Shown here: piece after piece, positions 7,373-15,400 of the stretch
Layout: each line of letters begins with the position of its first letter
Numbering within the stretch: the first letter of the stretch is position 1
NCBI GenBank assembly: GCA_017527155.1
Contig: JAFXQI010000026.1
Span: forward strand, 883 to 64,882
Direction: 5' to 3'
DNA length: 64,000 bases
From: Kiritimatiellia bacterium
GTDB taxonomy: Bacteria > Verrucomicrobiota > Kiritimatiellia > CAIQIC01 > Lenti-01
Notes under the pieces: generated by a model
What the model saw: only the letters and a program-made list of their open reading frames with translations
Database searches by the model: none
What the model was told of the DNA's origin: nothing
Position numbers and translations under genes: made by a program

Positions 7373-9046
7373 ATGAAAACCCGCTTTCCTTCCATTCTCC
7401 ACCTGGCTCTGGCCTGCCTGTTCGCGTTCCTTTCCCCGGCCGCCCCCGCGCAGGACGGCATCTATGCCGATTTCGCCACCGCCCGCGGCACCTTCACCGC
7501 CCGCCTCGACTTCGAGCGTGCGCCCAAGGCCGTCGCCGCCTTCGTCGGCCTCGCCACCGGCGAAAAGAACTGGCTCGATCCCTTCGGCAACGTCCACGCC
7601 GCCACCCCCTTCTACGACGGGACCCTCTTCCACCGCGTCCTCCCCGGACTCGCCATCCAGGGGGGCGGCCTCCCCTCCCCCGCCGACGTCTGGGTTCCGG
7701 CCAACTACGGCCCCGCCACCCTCGCCGCCCCCATCGACCTCCCCCTCCTGACCACCAACCTCCCGCCCGGAGTCTCCACCATCCGCCTCGGTACCGCCAC
7801 CCTCGCCGTCACCTCCGCCCCGGCCATCCCGCTGACCGTCATGCGCGCGGGCGAACCCCTGGAATTCATCCAGACGAACCGCACCCGCGTGACCGCCTGG
7901 ATGGTTTCCACGTCCGCCGGCCCGACCGGCACCGTCGTGCAGTCCAACCTCTGCCTCGACACCTGGCTGGCCAACGCCACCACCCAGGCCCTCGCCACCA
8001 ATCTCGCCGTCCGCTTCGATCTGCGCCTGACGAATTCGGAGGCCACCCCGGCCCCGTTCACCATCTCGGGCTTCCATGCCTGGAGCGCGACCAACGTCCT
8101 CGCGCGGCATAGCGTCGCCACCAACTTCGCCAACGCCGGCTTCTACTTCCCCGACAACGTCACCAACGGACTCCGCCACGTCCCCGGAACCCTTTCCATG
8201 GCCCGCTCTCTCCCGAACACCGACGGCTCCCAGTTCTTCGTCTGCGTCGCCACCAACACCGCCTGGGACGGCAACTACACCGTCTTCGGCCACGTCGTCG
8301 CCGGTCTCGATGTCGTCGAAGCCATCGCATCCGTTCCCGTGGATGCCGGAAACAACGACCGGCCCCTCGACGACCAGGTCCTGGAGCGGGTGACGATCCG
8401 CCGCGTCGGCGCCGCCGCCGGAGCATTCGACATCCACGCCCAGGGCCTTCCCCGCGTGGACAACGTCCCCCTCCGGCTGGACTTTCCCACCAACGGCCTC
8501 GACGTGACGCTCGACATCCCCGCCCGGTCCGAGATCCTGTTCCGCTGGAACACCGATCTCGCACGCCAGGGCTGGGGCGCCTGGGAAACGAACGATCTCG
8601 GCTATTTCACCAATGCCCTTTCGGCCCCCCTGACGCTCCGGACCCCGGTCTCCCGCCTCTTCTGCCACGCCTCCTCCGTCACCTACCCCATCCCCTGGAC
8701 CCTCCCCGCGACCCACCGCGGACGGACCTTCGTCTTCCGCTGGACCAACACCGCCCCCGAGACCGCCGAAACCCTCCGCTTCCCGTCCTCCTGGATCCAG
8801 AAAGGCGCGTGGACGCGCGTCTCCGGGACCAATGCCGCCTCGGGCGAAATCTTCGTCGGCTACGACCAGTGGACGCGCTTCCCCTACTCCGCGGCCTTTT
8901 CCTTCTGGGACAGCCAATTCACCCACGCCTACCAGCTCCGCATGGACCCCGGCGCCACCACCGGCACCTTCACCGGCCGCCTCTCCCCCCTCCTCGACTC
9001 TTCGACCGTCTACGCCCTCTCCGGCACCTTCACCGTCTCCCCCTGA
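7373..9046 (+). CDS. secreted cyclophilin-type peptidyl-prolyl isomerase with large internal insertion and C-terminal extension
   Basis: Signal peptide. FYDGTLFHRVLPGLAIQGGG ... [~155 aa] ... GTLSMARSLPNTDGSQFFVCVATNTAWDGNYTVFGHVVAGLDVVEAI. Followed by ~210 further residues of unknown fold. Confidence 0.8.
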   Translation: MKTRFPSILHLALACLFAFLSPAAPAQDGIYADFATARGTFTARLDFERAPKAVAAFVGLATGEKNWLDPFGNVHAATPFYDGTLFHRVLPGLAIQGGGLPSPADVWVPANYGPATLAAPIDLPLLTTNLPPGVSTIRLGTATLAVTSAPAIPLTVMRAGEPLEFIQTNRTRVTAWMVSTSAGPTGTVVQSNLCLDTWLANATTQALATNLAVRFDLRLTNSEATPAPFTISGFHAWSATNVLARHSVATNFANAGFYFPDNVTNGLRHVPGTLSMARSLPNTDGSQFFVCVATNTAWDGNYTVFGHVVAGLDVVEAIASVPVDAGNNDRPLDDQVLERVTIRRVGAAAGAFDIHAQGLPRVDNVPLRLDFPTNGLDVTLDIPARSEILFRWNTDLARQGWGAWETNDLGYFTNALSAPLTLRTPVSRLFCHASSVTYPIPWTLPATHRGRTFVFRWTNTAPETAETLRFPSSWIQKGAWTRVSGTNAASGEIFVGYDQWTRFPYSAAFSFWDSQFTHAYQLRMDPGATTGTFTGRLSPLLDSSTVYALSGTFTVSP

Positions 9047-9068
9047 TCCCGACTCCCCTCCCCCGCCC

Positions 9069-9204
9069 GTTTTCCAACCATTGGAAAAAAGTTCCCGCCG
9101 TTTTCCAATGATTGGAAAAATTTTTGCCGTTTTTTCCAATGATTGGAAAATATTTTTCCAATGGTTGGAAAATTCCGCGGATTTTTTCCAATGGTTGGAA
9201 AATG
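9069..9204 (-). repeat. AT-rich palindrome array A (5 copies, inverted relative to arrays B/C/D)
   Basis: Five TTTTCCAA-N3-TTGGAAAA units centred at 9079, 9110, 9141, 9163 and 9193. The spacing 31-31-22-30 mirrors arrays C and D. Confidence 0.9.
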
Positions 9205-9250
9205 GTCTGATGGAGCCGCCCGGCCCAACCCCAACCCCATGGCATGGGAT

Positions 9251-9320
9251 GGTGGGGCGAGCACGCCGTGCGAGCCGCACAACCGATTGGAACGGCTCGC
9301 TCGGAGAGCTCGCCCCACCC
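9251..9320. repeat. REP-1 hairpin (inverted orientation)
   Basis: GGTGGGGCGAGCACGCCGTGCGAGCCG ... CGGCTCGCTCGGAGAGCTCGCCCCACC. Same family as 50737-50803 and 52314-52388. Confidence 0.75.
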
Positions 9321-9370
9321 GCCTGGAAGACCCCGCAGAAGCTACACGATTTCCTGCCCCGCTCCGGGAA

Positions 9371-9811
9371 TCAGGAGAGCAACCCCTGCAACACCTGGCT
9401 CACCGTCTTGCCGTCGGCGCGGTGGGCGATCCGGGGCTTGAGGGCGGACATCAGTTTGCCCATTTCCTTCTTGGAGGTGATGCCGGTGGAGGCCATGGTT
9501 TCGCGGGCGAGGGCTTCGATTTCCTCGCGGGAGAGCGGCGCGGGGAGGTAGCGCTTGAAGAGGTCCATTTCGGCCTGTTCTTTCGCCGCCAGTTCGGGGC
9601 GGCCGCCTTTCTCGTAGAGGGCGATGGCGTCGGCGCGCTGCTTGACCGCTTTCTCCAGGCAGGCCAGCACGGCGTCGTCCGTCAGGTCCTTGCCGGCGTT
9701 GACGGTGGCGTCCTTGATTTGCGCGTGGATGCCGCGGAGGGCCGTCAGGGCGGCCGCGTCCTTGTTCTTCATGGCGGTCTTGATGTCGGAGAGGATGGTG
9801 TCGATGATCAT
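9371..9811 (-). CDS. GatB/YqeY domain protein
   Basis: 146 aa. DIKTAMKNKD...LTALRGIHAQIKD...AIALYEKGGRPELAAKEQAEMDLFKRYLP...MGKLMSALKP. Typical YqeY family. Confidence 0.9.
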   Translation of the reverse strand: MIIDTILSDIKTAMKNKDAAALTALRGIHAQIKDATVNAGKDLTDDAVLACLEKAVKQRADAIALYEKGGRPELAAKEQAEMDLFKRYLPAPLSREEIEALARETMASTGITSKKEMGKLMSALKPRIAHRADGKTVSQVLQGLLS

Positions 9812-9830
9812 GGGGGGATTTCTTTCTTTT

Positions 9831-9872
9831 CGAGTGCAATCGAGTGCAGTCGAGTGCAGTCGATTGCAATCG
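9831..9872. repeat. tandem 10-nt palindromic repeat R10
   Basis: (CGAGTGCAAT)(CGAGTGCAGT)(CGAGTGCAGT)(CGATTGCAAT)CG. Lies 7 nt downstream of the stop of the 851-aa gene (minus strand). Confidence 0.7.
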
Positions 9873-9878
9873 GGGGGG

Positions 9879-12434
9879 TCAGGGGGCCGCGGGCAGGCTC
9901 AGCGGGAAGCCCGCGGGGTCGAGTTCGGCGGCGGTCTTGGAGCGGAGGGTGGCGGTGGAGGCTTCGGGGTCGCTGCTCACCCACTCCATGGACCAGGTGC
10001 CGGTCTGGCCGGAGGGCGAGGTCATGGTGCCGGACATGAATGTGTCGCTCCAGCGGGCGCCGCGGTAGATGGCGGAGGCGCCGTCCCATTTCTCGCGGGT
10101 CTCGAAGCGGACGGTCTTGCCGTTGAGGTGCCAGTCCCACCAGTAGTCGTTCGGCGAGGTGTCGTGCATCGAGCCGTCGGCGTAGATGCGCGCGGCGTAG
10201 GCGCACGCCTTCGACCCTTCCCACTGGTAGAGGAACCGCCAGGTGCCGACCAGGCCCTCCACCGGCGCGTCGGCCGCGAGGGTCACGCGCGCCGTGGCGC
10301 TGATTTCGCCGTAGCCGTTCCGGACCGTGACGGTGTAGTCGCCGGCGGTCGCTTCGGCGGCGGTCATGGTCATGAAGGTGTCGCGCCGCCCGGTGTCCAC
10401 GCCGTTGTGGTACCACGTGTAGCGCAGCGGCGGCGTGCCCTTCGCCAGCGCGGAGAGCATGACGGTTTCGCCGGCCTTCGCCTCGTAGTCGAAGGGTTTG
10501 GACGCGAAGCTCGGCGGCGTGTTCGTCCCCTCGATCCGCAGGAGTTCCTTGCGCAGCGGCGAGAAGGTCTTGTGCGGCGGCGTCCCCCAGTCGTCGCTCC
10601 AGATGGTGGACGCGAGGCCGATCTCGGCGTTGAGGCCGGCGTACGCGGTCATGAGGTAGTAGAAGTCCGGCGCCTGGAGGTTCTGTCCGCGCACGTAGCC
10701 CGCCGCGTTGGCCTCCAGGTAGGGCTCGACCCACCCGTAGGCGCCGATGAGGCTGTAGACCTTGACGGTCAGCTCGGGCTTGATGGAGGCGCGCACGCCG
10801 GCGCTGCCCACGACTTCGTAGGTGAAGTTGGTCTTGCTGATGACCCAGCCGGTGTTGCCGCTGCCGATCTGCTTCCACTGGTCGTCGGTGAGGCGCCAGC
10901 GGAAGTCGAGCGCGCGGGAGATGTCGATGGTGGCCTTGACGCTGGCGTTGGTGGCCTGCGCCTGCACGGAGAGCTCGACGGGCACCTCGACGCGGATGTC
11001 CACCCACACGGGCACGGGCCCGATGGTGCCGGCGAAGGTTTTTTTCACGTCGGCGATGGTCTTGCTCCAGGTGTTGCTGTAGGCGGCGTTGGTCGTGGCG
11101 GCGAGCTCGGGATGCAGGTAGACGTGGACGTTGCCGTTGACCGCGAGGTCGCAGCTGTTGAATTTGCGCTTGAGGATGCCGAAGTCGGCCGCGACGGAGA
11201 ACCCGGCGCCGACGTCCCACTCGCCGAGGTCGCCCACGAACTCCAGCGGGACCTTGGCGGGAATCTTGGCGTTGAGCCAGTCGGACTTGAGGACGCCGTT
11301 GGTCGCAAAGCTCTTCGCCGTGGAGCCGCCGATGCGCGGGCGGACCATGCGCCGGCGCGACTGCGCGGAGACGGGTTCGCCTTCGCCGTTGTCCACGACG
11401 TCGTACTCGGTCCATTCGCCGTCGTCGCTGCTGAAGCTGCCGCCCACGAAGAAGTCCGCCAGCGTGGCCTCCTCGGTCGTCGCCGTGATGGTGCCGTCCG
11501 ACGGTTCGCCCAGCGCGGCGATCCGGCGGTAGAAGATGTTGTTTTCGTCGTCGCTGGCCCACAGCTGGCCGACGGCGAGCAGTTCGTACGCGTTGCCGGT
11601 GTAGGCGAAGACGAGGGTGTCGTCGGTGGTTCCGGTGATTTCGAGCGTGTCGGTTCCCGCCGCCCGGCTGGCCGCGATGGACTTCGCCGCGGTGCCGGGG
11701 GTATCGGACACTTTCTCGACCAGTTCGTCGACGCTTTCTTCGCCCGCGCCGATGACGAGGAACGGCACCACCTGCGGCTCGTCCGATTTGACGGTCGCGG
11801 CTTCGCTCGCCAGCACCAGCAGCGACTGCTCGCTGCTGGCGACGTTGCCCTTCGTGTCGGTGGCGGTAGCCCATACGTCGACGGTCTCGCCCGCCGCGCC
11901 GATGGGGTCGGCTGGGGTGTACGTCAGCACGCCGTCCGCCCACGTCACGTCGGCGTCGCCGTAGGCGTGGCGGACGCCGCCGACGTAGATGGCGAGGCTG
12001 TTGTCCGCGACCACGCCGCTTTCGTCGGCGATGCGCACGGAGATGGACGCCTGGTCCACGGGCACGGAGACGGCGTCCTTGGCGGGCGAGACGTACTCGA
12101 TGGTCGGCCCTTCGCGGTCCACCTTCTCGACGCGGTAGAACATGATGTCGTTGGTGAGCGCGACGGTTTCTTCGAGCGTCCAGCTCGTGATGGGGGTGAC
12201 GAAGCCCGACGCCGCCTCCCACGTCGCGTTGGTGTCCACCAGCGACGGCGTGGCATAGACCCGGTACGCCGCGTTGGGCGCGCCGGGATCGCCGAGCCAG
12301 TTCAGGGTGACGCCGCTGCCGTCCGCGGTGGGCGTGGCGGAATCGATGGGGGTGGTGTCCTGCGCGAAGGCCCGCGCCGCGAGCGCGACCGCCGCGGCAA
12401 CCGTCACCGTACGAAACACGTTGGAGAACTTCAT
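9879..12434 (-). CDS. secreted 851-aa multidomain protein (FN3/Ig-like modules, central beta-rich region of unknown fold)
   Basis: Signal peptide MKFSNVFRTVTVAAAVALAARAFA. SbsA/Big-like segment. I-set-like Ig module (AKAGETVMLSALAKGTPPLRYTWYHNG...AGDYTVTVRNGYG). 13 nt downstream of the preceding gene. Confidence 0.75.
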   Translation of the reverse strand: MKFSNVFRTVTVAAAVALAARAFAQDTTPIDSATPTADGSGVTLNWLGDPGAPNAAYRVYATPSLVDTNATWEAASGFVTPITSWTLEETVALTNDIMFYRVEKVDREGPTIEYVSPAKDAVSVPVDQASISVRIADESGVVADNSLAIYVGGVRHAYGDADVTWADGVLTYTPADPIGAAGETVDVWATATDTKGNVASSEQSLLVLASEAATVKSDEPQVVPFLVIGAGEESVDELVEKVSDTPGTAAKSIAASRAAGTDTLEITGTTDDTLVFAYTGNAYELLAVGQLWASDDENNIFYRRIAALGEPSDGTITATTEEATLADFFVGGSFSSDDGEWTEYDVVDNGEGEPVSAQSRRRMVRPRIGGSTAKSFATNGVLKSDWLNAKIPAKVPLEFVGDLGEWDVGAGFSVAADFGILKRKFNSCDLAVNGNVHVYLHPELAATTNAAYSNTWSKTIADVKKTFAGTIGPVPVWVDIRVEVPVELSVQAQATNASVKATIDISRALDFRWRLTDDQWKQIGSGNTGWVISKTNFTYEVVGSAGVRASIKPELTVKVYSLIGAYGWVEPYLEANAAGYVRGQNLQAPDFYYLMTAYAGLNAEIGLASTIWSDDWGTPPHKTFSPLRKELLRIEGTNTPPSFASKPFDYEAKAGETVMLSALAKGTPPLRYTWYHNGVDTGRRDTFMTMTAAEATAGDYTVTVRNGYGEISATARVTLAADAPVEGLVGTWRFLYQWEGSKACAYAARIYADGSMHDTSPNDYWWDWHLNGKTVRFETREKWDGASAIYRGARWSDTFMSGTMTSPSGQTGTWSMEWVSSDPEASTATLRSKTAAELDPAGFPLSLPAAP

Positions 12435-12447
12435 GGTCCGCTCCTTT

Positions 12448-15400
12448 CTATTCCGCCGCCAGCACCGTCCAGAACTTCGCCGGGCCGTCGAGCGGCACCG
12501 TCGCCTCCGTCCCTTCCACGCGCTGGAGGAAGGTGAACCCTTCGGCCAGGTTCGTCGAAACGTAGATGTCGTACCGGCGCACCGCGCGCGCGCCGTCCGG
12601 CGCCGCGTCCTCCCAGGCGGTCTTCACGCCGCCCGCGCCGTCGCCTTCCACCGCGGTGATGCGCACGCCGCAGGCGGCGGACATCGCGGCGAGGGTTTCG
12701 GCATCGACCAACACGCCGGCGGGCGGGGTCGCGGAGGCGAGGACTTCGAGGTCGAAGCTCGCCTCGGTCCAGAGCCCCTGCGCGTCGGTGGCGCGCACGC
12801 GGATGCGCCGCACCGCGGCGTCGGCGGCCCGGAAGGACGCCGCCGCGCGCACGGTCGCGCCGCTCAGCTCGACGAGCGCGTTGTCGTCCGCGCCTTCGCC
12901 GTCCGCCAGCGAGTACGTCACCTCGTCGCCCGCGTCGGCGTCGACCGCGCTCAGCAACCCGATGTAGGCGCCGACGGCGTTGTTCTCGCGGATGGACCGG
13001 CTGCTCAGCGAGATGGCGCTCGGCGCGCTCGCCGCGGCGGTGCGCCCGCTCGCCTCGACCCACGCCGAGGCGTGGCCCCAGGCGTCGACGGAGCGGACGT
13101 GGACGTAGTAGGCCGTGTTCATGTCCAGCCCCTTCGCCGTCGCGGTGGCCGTGGCTTCCTCCTCGACCGCGTCCGCCAGCGGCGCCGGTACGGGTTCGAG
13201 CGCGATCGCCGTCTCCGCGCCGTAGTCGGGCGCGGGCGCGCCAACGGTCTGCAGCGTGACGTTGCGGACGCCGTTGCCGTATCCGCTCCAGAGGCTGCTG
13301 GTCGTCGCGTCGGGAACGCCCAGTTCCAGCGCCACGCCGTCCACCAGCGCGACCGCGGGCAGGTCGATGTGGAGATAATTGTTGTTGTTGATGTAGATGC
13401 TGTTGGTGGTGACGCGGCCGGCCTCGGTCCAGGCGCCGCCCGGCACCTTGTAGTACAGCACGATGGGCTTGCCCGTCTCGCCGTTGTCGCCGCCGCGCGT
13501 GCGCGCCACGAAACGCAGGGTCGCACTTTCGCAGCCGGAGAGGTCGAGCGCCGGCGACTGGATGCCCGGCGCGGGCGCGACCACCAGCCCGTGGTAGTCC
13601 CAGTCGGTGTTGGTCGTCGCGCAAATCCAGTTGCTGGAGACCTGCACGTGGTTCGCGCTGTAGAACCAGCCGCTCTTGTTCGCGCTGCCGCTGAGGTTCA
13701 CGTTCGGCACCGACTCGAGGTCCTTCGGCGTCCCCGCCGCCACCACCGGCGTGAGCTGGACCTCGAAGTGGTCCACCAGCCCCGGGTCGGTCCACGTCGC
13801 GGTCAGTTCCGTCGAGCTGGCCGTCGCGACGGAGAGGCCCGTCGGGGCGGGGACGGTGTCTTCGGTCTTGCGGTGGCCGTAGCCGACGTCGACCCACTCG
13901 CCGTTCACGTTCGCGCGGACGTGCCACCAGTACGGTTCGCCGGCGGGCAGGTTCTGGACCTGGATGTTCGTCACGTTCACGTACCGCGGATAGCCTTCCA
14001 GATGCACGTTCGCGTCCGCGAACTCGCCCTGCCCGTACAGGCTGGCCGTCGCCGTCGTCACGTACGGCCCGCGCTGGTAGCTGTCGCGCCAGGCGTTCGG
14101 CGCTTCCAGCTTGAAAGCGACCGTGGCCGCGCCCTCGGGCATGAAGACGAGCTCGCCCCAGTAATTCGTTTCCCCGCCGTCGCCCGTCGCCTTCGACTGG
14201 TTGTAGCCGATGAACTGCCACTCGCCGCCGTCCACGCGGTAGTAGGCGTCCACGCGCGACACCGCCGCGGTGCCCTTGCCGTTCCAGTTGGCGTTCTGGA
14301 AGTCGATGGCCACCGCCGACGCGCCCAGCAGCGGCAGGTCCCGCGTGACCAACGCAACGCCGTTCGTGCCGAAGAGGCCGTGCGCGTTCGTCGTCCCGTA
14401 GGTGAACCAGCACGGCGAAGTCTTCACACTGCCTTCCGTCGTCGTCGTCGCCCCGCCCGGCGCCTCGTAGCGCCAGTACTGTCCGTCGAGGAACTGGTTC
14501 GTGCCGAGCGACCGGTTCGGCGTCGTGTAGATGGAATCCGTCGAGCCCGCCGACACGTCCACCTCATAATAATCCGCCCCCGGCACCGCCGCCCACGACA
14601 GGTTGAGCCACGCGTCGCCCGTCTCCTGCGCGGGCGTGCGCTCGTCCACGTCGATGACATCGATGGTGAACGCCTCGTCAGTGTAAGCCCCGTTTCCGTC
14701 GCTCGCGCGGATGCGGCAGAAATGCTGCGGATATTGCTCGTAGTCGAACACCTGCGCCGTCTTGAGCTTGTTGCCCTCGATGGAGAAGCAGGCGTTGCCC
14801 GTGTCGCCGTCGCCCGCCACCAGCGCGTACGTCAGCGCGTCGCCGTCCTCGTCGTAGGCGCTCAACGTGCCCACCACCGTCCCGATGGGCGCGTTCTCCT
14901 CCACGCTCGCGTTGCTGAGCGACAGCCCGCTCGGCGCGTGGTTGCTCTCCGACGCTGTCAGGTAGGTGCCGCTCACCTGGCGCGTCACGGCCTTGGTCGC
15001 CGTGAAGGTCACGTCCTTGGGCTTGGTGTACTCGCTGATGCTCTTGAAATTGACCGTGTAGCTGCGCCCCGGAACCAGCGCCGGGAGCCGCACCCCCGTC
15101 CGCTGCCACGGACTCGTCTCGCCCGTCACGTTGTCCACCAGCCGCCACGCCGCGCCCGCCGACACCGCGGCGGCCGGCTGGCAGTAGCCGCGCACCTGCG
15201 TGAGCAGCACCGCCTTCACCGCGTCCATCGTCACCGGCACGTCGAGGTAGCTCGCGTGGTCCACCTGCTGGCCGTCCATGGCGTTGAGGTTGAACTTCGC
15301 CGCCGTCGGGTGCGCGTTGCGGTCGCTGGCCTTCGCGCAGGAGAGCGAGTCGCTCATCAGCGCGGAAATCAGCGGGACCAGCCCGTCGTTGTCGCCCACG

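Noticed and set aside
8832-9551. ORFs translating the arrays into FSNHWK / FPTIGK / FQSLEK-type peptides (also 9010-9318, 34437-34808, 35276-35866, 35485-36126, 52200-52775, 52297-52548)
   Set aside because: The palindrome lacks stop codons in most frames, so overlapping ORFs appear on both strands at every array. Mutually overlapping ORFs in several frames cannot all be coding, and the nucleotide-level architecture explains the conservation.
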